Assembly (NCBI RefSeq): GCF_009914755.1
Contig: NC_060935.1
DNA length: 64,000 nucleotides
DNA from: the human T2T-CHM13v2.0 reference genome, Homo sapiens
Direction: 5' to 3' (one strand)
The translations under genes and the position numbers were made by a program. The notes below the pieces were generated by a model, which saw nothing but the letters and a program-made list of their open reading frames with translations, ran no database searches and was not told the DNA's origin. Shown here one piece after another: positions 53,316-64,000 of this stretch (positions are counted from its first letter, which is position 1; each line of letters opens with the position of its first letter).

Positions 53316-56300
53316 GAAACAAATGAATGGCTGCCCCTCACTGACTCAAGTGATGAGCCCCCAGGGTCCTCCCGGGTCGGGGGAAGGAGGAAAGTGCTGG
53401 GGGCTGCTTTCTGGGGTGGGTCTTTCCCAGGCCAGCTTGCCTGCCCCAGGTGCCAGGCCAGAGTGGCTGCTGTTTCCAGCGCCTGTTGTGGGCCCGGTGC
53501 TGTGCTGGACACCTCAAAGCATCATCTCACTTCACTTTTTCCTGAATCCTGTAGGGCAAACATTGCCCCATTTTACAGATGAAAAAACTGAGGCTTGAAG
53601 AACCTGATTGCCCATGACACTCAGCTAGGTGGGGGCAGTATCAGGATTCAAACCCATCAGTAGGCCTCCAGAGCCCCACTCTGGCCACAACAGCCCCAGC
53701 CTCTCCCAACCCAGCCTCACCATCTGGGTGTCCAGTAACTCTCCTGGCAGCGGCAAGGCCAGGGGCCCACAGTGTCCACAGGCATGGCTCGCGGGGAAAC
53801 GCAGTGCAGCGCACACAGAGGTCTGGGTGCAGGTAGAAGCCATTTGCTGCCCAGCCGGGTCCCAGCCAGCCAGCCCAGTCACCTGAGCCACCCTGGGGCC
53901 ATGCTCAGATGGTCTCTGGGTCCACCTGTGCCTGCCTTGCTGCTTCCAGGCACCTTGGCCGAGGGCAGTGCCCTACCACCCCTACACACACATTAGCCGT
54001 GTGTGCACACATGTGCCCACATGCACATGCACACATATGGGATGGGAAAACAGAAAGCAGCTCTTTGCCCCCACAGGAAGGGGGTCACTGCTTGGCCTGG
54101 TCTTGTCAGCTGCAGCCCCTGGGCCTCTGGGGGGCCATGTCCTCTGGCCATCTACCTAGGGCCACCCCTCAGTAAAGAACCCCGGGCAGGGATCCTGTTT
54201 GTGAAAATGCCTGAATACAAGGTCATCTCAGCCTGCCCTGGACCTTTTGTCTTTTGTCTATCTGCTGCCCAGCTGAGGCCCAGCGGCCTTTCTAACCCTT
54301 GAACAGCATTCTTGGGACCTCAGGGTATCCAGAAGTTTCTAGAAGGCAGAACCCAGGGCTGGTGGGAGATGGGCCCTCCTGTCTTCTGGGATATCCCTCC
54401 AGCTCACCAAGGGGGTCTGGACTACCCCTCTGCCCACATCCTGAGTGGCCTTGCCCCTGGTCCTTCCAGATAGTCACGACCCTCCAGGACCCAAGCCCTG
54501 TTTGCTTCCAACATAAGTCACTCCTGGATTAACTCAAGAGGCCCTGGAAGCTGGGAGGGCCCAGGACCCTGTCCCTCTGGCGAGTGAGCAGCCTTGCTGT
54601 GGCCAAGTGGGTGTCGGCAAAGGGAGAAGGGACCCCCCTCAGCAGCAGCCTCGAGCCCACCCGAATGGCAAGCCTATGCTTGGGACACACTCTGTTCTGA
54701 TGCCCACCACGGAGGCTTCAACCTCAGAGCCTGTGGGGGCACCCCGCTATGGAGGAGCCAAGGGAAAGAAGAACCCATCACTACCCCATCAGTGTCATCC
54801 CCATGGCGGTGGAGGCCTCAGGCAGCAGGGATGAGGAAAGTGGCTCAGGACTCACTTTATCCATTCTCCTGCCTCCAGCCAAGCCCATAGCTCACCCAGG
54901 AGGATGTGTGGGAAGAGGCAGCACCAAGCCCCACGGGCTCCAAATCTGCCTTCAAGAGGGGGGTTCTATCCGGAAGAGCTGGGCACTGGCTGGGCTGGTG
55001 TTCCCTCTCCAGGGGGCTTGCTTGATGAGGGCAAGTCTGTGAACTTCTTCCCCAAATCCCTGTCCTTGAGAACCCTGAGGTGAAATATCCTGACAAATCC
55101 CTGTGAGGACCACCCGCCAAGGAGCCAGGATGCCTGGAACCTCAGCCACCATCAGGCCCTGGACACTGGGCCTGTCTGGGACACTGCTGGGGTCACTGCC
55201 AGGCCAGCCAGACCCTGAGGAGCTCAGCTCAGTCCCAGATGCTAAGTCCAACATCAGAGGCACAAGATGATAAACTGAGAATCAGGTGACCATCTCTTAC
55301 AGATGGGTAAACTGAGTCAATGGCTGAGGGTAGGATCTGTCCTCTTATAACCAAGCCCTTGAATGACGGGAACCCTGAGCTGCCTTATGCAGAGAGAAAG
55401 ACCAAGTCCCACAGTCATATGGCAACCAGCAGGACTGGGGTCCATCCTTCCAACTCCTGGACTGCCCCGCTTTCTGCCTCCCTACCCTGATATACTGTCC
55501 CCTATCCTGTTTAGGGTCATTCTAGAAATTTCTGGAGTAAGGATATTCCTTCCCTTCCTAACACCAAGGAGCCCCTGCCTGCCTGTCTTTGTTTCTTTGG
55601 CTAGTTGTGATGGGAGGAGGGGAATCCAAGCTGTCTCCGTCCCTTGGTCAGAGAGAGTAGCGGCAGGGGGCCCCAAAGGTTCCAATCACCAGCCCAGGAA
55701 CGGGAGGACATCCTAGCAAGAATGCCCCAAACCAGGGCCTCTCCCAGACTTCCACAGGTGCTTAGAGCTGACCTCAATGATGCTGACCGTGGCTCCAAGA
55801 CTGAGCAGTTGGGGGACAAGCAGGGCCGGAGCCTCACCCCTCAGGAGCTGGATCAGAAGGGCAAGGAGAGGCTGAGTCCATAGAAATCCACACCTGGAGC
55901 TCTGCTCTCTCACCCTTGTTAGGATTTTGCAGGAGGAATCTCAAGAGGTCCTGAGAGGCACCATGGTGGGGAGGGTCCCAAGACAAAAGCCTCCTTCAGG
56001 GATGGAGAGAAGGAAGAGAAGGAGATGAGGCTGACCTTGGCCTCTGGAGATAGCTGGAGGCTGCTCAGGTCAGGACCTGCCACTCCCACTAAGGGATGTT
56101 CCCCAGCTGAAGGGTGGGGCTCCTGCAGGCATGGAGGCAGCCAGGCCTAAAGATGGACCAGGCTTTTGAACAGCAAAATGCCTCGAGGATGAGCTGGCCA
56201 ACAGCCAGAGCCCCCTGCAGACAGAAAATCAAGATGCAGAATCGGGCAGTGGAGGGGATGGCAAGCCAAGGGTGTGAGGAAGCCTGGCGGAGGGGAGGGC

Positions 56301-57154
56301 TGAGAAGCCGATCGAGGGGGGGACCCTGAGTGACACAGCATGGCTGAGTCATGTCTCATGAGCCAGGTGGTGCAACGCCCCACCACTGCCATCCTTGAGG
56401 TCCGCAACCCTCCTCGCTCTCCTCTCCTGACAATGCTGTACACGTGGTTATCTGTCCCTTGCGACTGAGAGGCTTAACAAATACAGATCCATCTCTTAGC
56501 ATCTCCGGACCATGGACCTGTTAGGGTCTCCACAGAGGAGTAAACAACGGTGGACGAGGTGGCTGGCCCTGGTTCCACCTTCAGTCCCAGCAGCTGCCCA
56601 GTCAAGCAGAGTGGACTTGGGGGAAGGTAGGGTACCAGGGTCCAAATCCCTAGAGAGGAAGGGGAAGGAGCACAGACTCTAGAGTCAGGCAGAGCAGGAG
56701 ACCACTGGGACTCAGTCACTCATTCACCTCGAGACCTGGGAGCAGCCACTGAAGGTCTCCAAGCCCAGGAATGACCTCCTCCCTCCAAGGGCTGCTGAAG
56801 GATGAGGCAGCATCTGTCCCGCACCCAGGTCTGTGCCCGGGCACACATGCCCCGAGGTGTGGATCCAGTAGCCATCAGGGGGCAACACAAGGTCTCCAGG
56901 GATCTGTCTGCCTTTCTGAGAAGCTAAGGTCTGTGAACCGGCCAGAGACCAGCCATGTTTCCCGCCCGTTCCTCAGCCCAGCAGGGATACAGGACACTGT
57001 GAGACAAAGACAAGCTATCCCAGGAACCCAAAGCCACACTCAACCCAAAAGTTCGGGAGCAACTTACCAGCTCTTGTGGGCCCCCATGTGGGCCCAGACC
57101 CCAGCCAAAAGCCAGGATCTAACAGCACCCACCCCCAAAAAAACTGCACAGGAC

Positions 57155-58178
57155 CGTTGGAATTTGGAAAGTTTTTGTTTTCTTTTTCCCACACATTTCC
57201 GGGGTTGGGGTGTTTTCCAAGACTCAGACACATTTGTTAACAAAGAGAGAAAAAAAACTGGGGGAGCAGGGAGCCCGTGGGCAAAGAAGTGACCCCAGCA
57301 GTCTGTGGACAATGCCTTGCTCCCTCTTCCCTGCTGCCCGCGCCCAGCGGGTGCCACAGGCTGCTGCTCGTGGAATCTAGAGTATTTGTCTGTAATATAT
57401 ATCTGCATTTGCCTTTCCCCTCCCTCCCACCCCCCACCCCTGCTCCTCCAGCAGCTTCCCCATCAATGCACGTCGCCCGGCGGCACACACAGAACAGGCC
57501 TTCCGTCAGGCCTGAGCCCCTTCCCTGGGCGGCACCAAGCAGGTGCCTCTCCTGGTGAGGGGAGTTGGGGCACTTGCCCCACCCCACCCCACCCACCCAC
57601 TGGGCCACTCGGGCCCACCCTCCCGCCCTTCTCCCACCGACTCTGGAAACCCAAAGGGAGGAAAGGAAGGGAGAAACCAGACACACAAAAAAAGAAGTAG
57701 GGAAGGAGGGTGGGGACAGTGAGACACAGCAAGCCTGGGATGGGGATTGGAGGGCTTGGGAAGAGAAGGAAGGCAGGAGGGACAGAAGGAAGAAGAAGAA
57801 AAATTGAGGAAAATTAACAGGACGAGCAGTGGACACTTTACAAAACCCCCAGCCTTCCTTCCCACCCAACCCCACCAAAATAAAACTACCCCCTTAAAAA
57901 AATAAATCAACCCAGGGCTGTGAGCACGTGCCCTGCCTGGCAGGCGCAGAGCTGAGAGGGACAGTCAGCCCCGGGACTGACGAGGCCGCGCAGTGGACGG
58001 CAGGAGGAAGGGGGCGAGCACGGGGTTTTTCCTTTTCTTTTTTTGCGTTTCCTCTTCGTAAGAGAAGCCTGAGGCAGCCAGGGAGAGGGTCCCCAGGCCC
58101 CTGGCAGGGAGAGGGTGGCACCCTCCTCCCGGGCCCTCCCAGGAGGGGCAGCTGGCAGTGGGGCGCAGTGCCGGGGGC
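57155..58178 (-). other. NRXN2: NRXN2 3'UTR (3' end approximate)
   Basis: Follows the stop codon; U-rich tracts; end inferred from an A-rich/AACAAA element followed by a U/GU-rich element. Confidence 0.6.
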
Positions 58179-58483
58179 TCAGACATAATACTCCTTGTCT
58201 TTGTTCTTCTTGGCCTTGCTGGGCGTCTTGGGGGCAGCCGGGGCCTTCTCTTTCACCACCGCCCCATTGCTCTGGGCCGAGTTACTGATGTAGTTTCGGC
58301 TCTGGTCCACCTGGTAGGAGCCCTCATCACGATTGCGGTACTTATACATGGCGTAGAGGAGGATGAGGATGCAGAGCGCCGCCGCCGCCACAATGCCCAC
58401 CACCATGCCCGTGGTGCTGCTGGACTCCCGGATCACCTCCACTGCGCCCGGCGGGCCCCGCTCCCCAGGCCCTGTGGGGTTGG
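58179..58483 (-). CDS. NRXN2: Neurexin-2 terminal exon, short form using the internal acceptor (lacks 194 codons)
   Basis: ttcccccatctgcccacag|CCAACCCC; same phase as the upstream acceptor and 582 nt downstream of it; matches known neurexin splice site 5. Confidence 0.85.
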
Positions 58484-59065
58484 CTGTGGGCAGATGGGGG
58501 AAGCCGGGGGCTGAGGTCACGCCGGGGCGCAGGGGAGGGGGCCTCCGCGGCTCAAAGGACGTGGGGGCCCCGGGCCCCAAGGGCGGGTTCTCCAGCAAGG
58601 GCTGAAGCGGGTCTCGGTGGTTCATTTTGCCCGCCGGCAGGTTGGGGGCCGGGGCGGAGGGGGCAAACAGCACCCCAGGGGCGCCCGTGGCCCCATCTGT
58701 CCTGAGGTTGGGCCGGGGAGCGGGTTTGCGGGGTGACAGGAGGGTGGTGCGGTCCGTGACCAGGGGAAAGGTGGTGTAAAAGTCCTCGTCGTCCGTGGGG
58801 GGGAGGCTGGAGTCAAAGACCTCCCCGGAGGCGAAGCCCGAGGCCTCGATGGGCTCCTCGCAGTCGCTGTCGTCCCGCTCGGCCTGGCACGGGCCCCCAG
58901 AGGGCGGGCGGCGCGCGGCGGGCGGGGGCAGCGTGTCTTGGGTGGCGCCCACTCCCGTGAGGAAGGGGTAGAAGGTAGGGGGCGGGGGCACGAAGGGGGA
59001 TCGGGTGGCCACGGGAGGGGGGTCTAAGGAGTCCTCCGTGATAATGGGCAATATTAACTCTCCTC
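58179..59065 (-). CDS. NRXN2: Neurexin-2 terminal coding exon (long splice-site-5 form): stalk insert, transmembrane helix, cytoplasmic tail
   Basis: Polypyrimidine tract + ttctag acceptor at 59067-59066; [13 protein letters not shown]...[32 protein letters not shown]...KDKEYYV TGA. Confidence 0.97.
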
Positions 59066-59280
59066 CTAGAACAAGAGAGAGAAGAGAAAAGAGAGGGCGT
59101 CAGCGAGGGCCAGGGCGCAGGCGGCCGGCACAGAGAGAGAAACAACAGCCTCACACACCCAAATCGGTTCCAATTGGCTTTGGCGGAGACTAGAGCGGGC
59201 TGGGCCCGCCCGCCAGCCGGCCGAGCACTGCGCTTTAAGCGGGCAGCGGCTCAGATGCCCTGGGCACCCCACGCACGGGC
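58300..59280. promoter_or_regulatory. CpG-rich island over the NRXN2 last exon
   Basis: Very high GC and CpG density relative to flanks, judged by eye. Confidence 0.6.
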
Positions 59281-61524
59281 TCTGTGACTCTCTGGGTTTT
59301 GGTCTTTTGTTTGTCTTAAGAAATCAAAAGGAACAGAAAGGAAAGGAAATTGAAAAGAAACAGAAAAAAAAACTCTACTGGTTTAAGGCTTTAAAAACAG
59401 ATACAACAGCAGCATTTAAACAAACCTAACAACAATATCTTTTAGGGTTTTTTTTCTAGATTTTTCTCTTTTTTTGCTTTTTTTTTTTTTTTTTGCTTTT
59501 GTTTTTAAAAAAGAAGATAGCATACCACGGAATTCAGGCAACTTACATCAACAAATAGGCCGTGTGATTTTAGCATGAAGAAAAAAATTACAAACAGAGC
59601 TGTGTAAGCGGGTTCTCCCGGAAAAAAAATAAGAAAAAACAACTTTTCCGTACAACGTTTTCTGTCTATCTGTTCGGTATCTCCCTCCCTCACTCTCTGC
59701 TCCCTGCGCATCCTGCCTCCTCCTGAACTCTCTCTCCGCCCTCACTTGTCCCTCTCCCCCTCATTCAACACAAAGCTGAACTCTGCACAGGGCAGGCTGG
59801 GGCTGAGGGGTGGTTTCCACCACTTGGTGTCAGCATGTCGGGGAGGGAGGAACAGTGGGCAGGAGGGCTTAGAGAGTAGGGACATGACAGGCAGCCATGT
59901 AGGGATTGCTACATGGGTGAGAGGTCTTGGGAGGGGACGGCCACGGGAGGGGGCTTGGAAAGCTAATTGCAGGGTGGCCACGGGAGGCGAGACATCGAAA
60001 GTGGGAGGTGAGGTGGCCCATGAGGAAGAGTGGGCAGGGAGGAGTTGGATACCACTGGAGCAGGGTCCTGTCCCGTAGGACTCTGGGAGGGGTGGAGAGA
60101 AGCCATGTAGAGGCAGGGAGGTAGGGAGGGGCAAGGAAGGAGGGGAGTGGGCAGGGACACATGGTTCCTGAGCTAAGCCTAACTCCCCAACTTTCTCATT
60201 CTTCACCCTCCACCTCTGACCCCCACTGACTTCCCCCCTCCCCCTCCCCAGAACCCCCATGGGCCGCCAGGACCTGGCCAGGGCTTGACTGCCTCTGGCC
60301 CTCTTATTATAGTTAAAACAATAACAAAACAACGGAAAGAAGAAGAAAGCAAAAAAAGAAAAGAAAATACATACACAGCCATCTGGGAGGGAAGCACCTG
60401 CTAAATAGGGCCCATGGGAATGAGAGGGGAGGGCTTTGTGAGGGGAGAATGGGTCTCCCCATCTCTAGGTCTGATAACTGGAGTCCCTTGGGCAGAAACT
60501 GCAATTCCCATCAGCCCCCAAAAGGTGAGAACTATAACTCCCATCAGTCCTTGGAGGAGTGTAGAACACAATTCCCATCAGCCACTGAGTCAACAACTGT
60601 GACTCCCATCAGCCTCCTGGTCCTCCTCTCAAACCAAAATTGTGCAACCTCCTGGTTTGGGGTAGAAGGGAGCTGGGGCTCAGCTCTAGGTGGCTGGTGG
60701 GAGGACTTGCTCCTCTTGCAGGGGCACCTCTGGGCCTGACGAGGGTTGGAGGTTTCCTCTCTGGCTCTCTCTTCAGCACAGCCTAAGCCCTGCCCACATC
60801 TGAGTGCCTCTCGCTGGTCTCTGCAGGGTGTGGTCTTCATAGATCACGCCCAGAAGCCCCTCAGCCTCTTGGTGGTAAAGCACCCCAGGGCCTCCACTGC
60901 CAGGTCCCGCCTGCCCCACTGCAGCCCCACTGCAGCCAGGCCAGCCACATTCCACCTTCACATCTTGGCGCTCTTCTCCTGCTCCCCACCCACCCACAGC
61001 CCTCTGCCTCTGCCCTGAGTTCAAACACTGTTGCCAACCTTCAGATCACAAGCTCCAGCAATGTTACAGAGCTGTCCTTGGCCACGCCAGCCAGCCTGTG
61101 GCCAAGACCTTTCCATTGAACTTGAAGGCTTGCTGAGCTCCCCAGGCTGCTCTTCCCACCCGACTCCAATCTCCCCTGGCCAGGGGCTCACCTACACCCT
61201 AGATTTTGAAACCCCAGGGCTCCTGGCCCTCCAAAGCCTCAGTCACAGTGAAAAACTTTGAGCTACGAGCAAAGTAGCATGTTTTGTGGAGCTGGGACTA
61301 TCTGATCCCAGCTCGTTATGGATAAGAATGCTGAGGCCTGGGTGGGCAGGACTTCCCAAGATCACCAGGTGTAGGTGCCCAGCAAGGTGAGTGAGGCCGG
61401 GGAAGGGCTAGATCTCATGAGGAGCCCAAGAAAACCTAAGTCATCCTCCCAATGCCTCCAGGAATCTGTTGGGGCTGCTTGACTCTTGGCTTGGATGCTA
61501 ACTTGGATGACAGAACACCTGTTC

Positions 61525-61610
61525 TGTCACTGAGTTCCTGTGTGACTGTGGGCAAGTTTCTTCCAGTCTCTAGGCCTCAGTTTCCTCATCTATAAAACTG
61601 GGGTATTAGG
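61525..61610. mobile_element. MIR core fragment
   Basis: tgtgtgactgtgggcaagtttctt...ctctaggcctcagtttcctcatctataaaactggg. Confidence 0.75.
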
Positions 61611-64000
61611 CTCCAGGCCCAGGATGAGGCCAAGGCTTGGCTCTTGTGGGACCTCTAGCCTTTGGATGAACAAATATGTCTTCCTGTACCCACCTGGGAT
61701 CCAGACAAGGAAAGCCAGCACCCTGGTCTCCAGGTAAGGGGCAAACTCAGCTGTCAGCTCTCAGGAGGGTTGGCAGCCTCTCGAGCGGTCGTAACCTGGG
61801 CCCAATCATGGCAGGGTTCCCCTCCCTGCATGAACCCTGAGTGCCTCTGGGGTCCTTCCTGCTGGTCCATACCACCAGCCCTCTACCTGACCTTTGCCTT
61901 CTATTCAGAACACCCTTCCCTGCTGACATCTCAGAGTCTGGCCAAACACCTCCTCTTCCAGGAAGAGGATGCTCCCTGCCTTGAGTGTCTCTGACACCAT
62001 ATCCCAATTCTGTCCTGGAGGCATGGCTTTGTACTCACTGCCAGGGAAGGGCCAACGGCCCGGGTCCTATCTGTCTCCCTAACCTCCAGCAGTGGGCCTG
62101 GCACAGAATTGGGGCTCGTTATGCTTTTCCAGGGGAAGGGGAGTAATATTCCTCAGGCATTTCCTCTGAGCCAGGCCAGGCTAGGTATCTAGGGAAGGGA
62201 GTGGGCGTCTCTCTCACAGGCCAGAGCAGCTGAGTTCTAAACACCCCACCCCCTCCACCCTCTTAGGCAGCAGGCACTATGGAGAGCTTACCTTGGCAGC
62301 AGCCTTTCTCTACAAACCAGCTCCCACCCCAGCTCACCACCTTCCATCTTAGACTGGGCCACCAGCTGCTGCTGGAAACCCCAGCGTCAAGGCTTGGCCT
62401 AAGCTGGCTGGTCATAGCTGGGGCCCCAGCAAAGTGCCAGGCCCAGGGCACAGGACCAGACCAGGAGGCCCTTGCTGAGGCCACATCCTGCCCTAGAGGG
62501 GCTGACAGGCTGATCAGGGCACAGAGCTTGGCTCTCTACCAACCTGCTGTCCCCAGCCAGGCTAGGGCATGGGGGCTTCAGGCCTTGGACCACAAACAAG
62601 TCTTACCCAGCCTAAGCCCCCTACAACCATTTTCCCTAGCTAAGCCCTTGGGACACACAGGCTCCTCGGGTCACCCTTCTGCAGCCTTCCTCTGCCCCCA
62701 GACTCCTCCCAGGCCTGCTCACATTGACCTCTTGCCCCTCCAACCCCAGCTGCTTCCTGGTCTCCATATCTGGGTCCCAGCCCTGTCCCCTGCATCTGCA
62801 GCTCCTCTGGGGCTTCCCTGGGCCCTTCTCTGCCCAAGGCTTTGACTGTACGATCTCCTGAGGTGTCCTCCCCTCACCCACACCCCCCCACACTGCCATG
62901 ACTCCCCCTCGGTGCCCCCTTCTCATGGTAGCCTCTGTCTCCCACATGGCTTCCTCTCCGTTTCCTCCCAGTGTCCCACACCCCACTTCCTCTCCACAAG
63001 ATAAAAGGCTCTGGAGAACCCATGAGAACGCATGAGGACTTCCTTCCCTGGGCTCACTCAACCCGGCCTAGGCTCTGGGGCAATCAAGTCACCTAACGTA
63101 GGGTGCTGGGCTTTCCCGGATCACACACCAGTTCAGGAAGGATCAGAAGAGGCTGTCCTGGTGAGGAGTTGGCAGGACCTGGAGGAGGGGAGGACCGGGC
63201 TCCTCAAAGACTCCTCCCTGCCAAAAGCCCAACCGCTGCCCGTGCTGCTGGGTTTTGTGGGTGCAGACTCACAATGACTCATGGTCCAGCTCTACACTAA
63301 GGATGCATCCTGGAATGGGGTGCTCCTAGGAGCCAGAGGAGTCTGATAGGACCCCAGGCAGCCTCCCGCCTCTCCCCAACTTCAGGCAGCTGCAGCATTT
63401 GGAAAATACTCACAGGTGCACACTTAGCACAGACGCCACCCGCCCACCCAACACTCCTCTGCATCCTAAGAAAAACTGAATTTCAGTGCATGTGGGCCCC
63501 ACTTACTAGAGAATGCCATCCCTGACCAGGGGGACCACCAGCCATTCCTGATCTCCCCTTCCTCCCCAACTCTCCTTCCTCTGGGGACTGCTGGCCCAAC
63601 AAAGTTAGCCCCCTTCTGCCCTTAGGGCACAGAAGGCCCCTGACTGGAACTACCCAAGAACCCCATTCTCACCCAAGCAAGGTGTGCCCACCCCCAAAGG
63701 GGAGTCTAGAATTGAGGTTGAGCATATTCAAGACTAAGCAGTGAGCTGGAGGCCCTGCCCAGGCTGTGAGGGGCAAGAAAGCCACCAGCCTACAGGGCAT
63801 TTCATGGGGGTTAGAAAACACAGTTCTATGCGGACGTGACCCTGTGGTGCATGATTTCACAAACAGTACCTTCATGCAATATTGGAAAAACCATTCTCTC
63901 CTCTCAGTGGACACGGTCCTGTTCTGGTGCTCAGGACACATGGCTGGGCAAGCAGAGCCCTGGGCAGATATCAGCCCCTACTCACCTGTGCGAGCAGAGA

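Noticed and set aside
58745-58775. Third, middle splice-site-5 acceptor as I recall for NRXN3 (VT|D)
   Set aside because: NRXN2 has GTC ACG GAC here, so there is no AG

Overview
Human-like (primate) genomic DNA that I recognise as the 11q13 urate-transporter locus. It holds two complete tandem + strand paralogues: SLC22A11/OAT4 (10 coding exons, 6741-21783, 550 aa) and SLC22A12/URAT1 (10 coding exons, 42249-52534, 553 aa). The terminal exon, 3'UTR and part of the last intron of NRXN2 lie convergently on the - strand. All exon boundaries were traced by hand, are GT-AG and keep frame. The rest is Alu, L1, L2, MIR and LTR sequence plus large simple-repeat tracts (~2.95 kb GAT/GGT, ~2.3 kb GGAT). 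These tracts account for the longest ORFs in the track, which are artefacts. Main leads: (1) a ~500-bp gene-conversion-like tract shared by exon 1/intron 1 of the two transporters, abutting a truncated MER31-like LTR; (2) a cryptic cassette in the last NRXN2 intron resembling NRXN3 exon 24; (3) two stop-free, 3n-length URAT1 introns and a possible intronic-polyadenylation isoform; (4) a GATA-motif-rich repeat upstream of OAT4; (5) a candidate HNF4/HNF1 enhancer between the genes. Repeat-family names and NRXN3 comparisons come from memory, not from a search.
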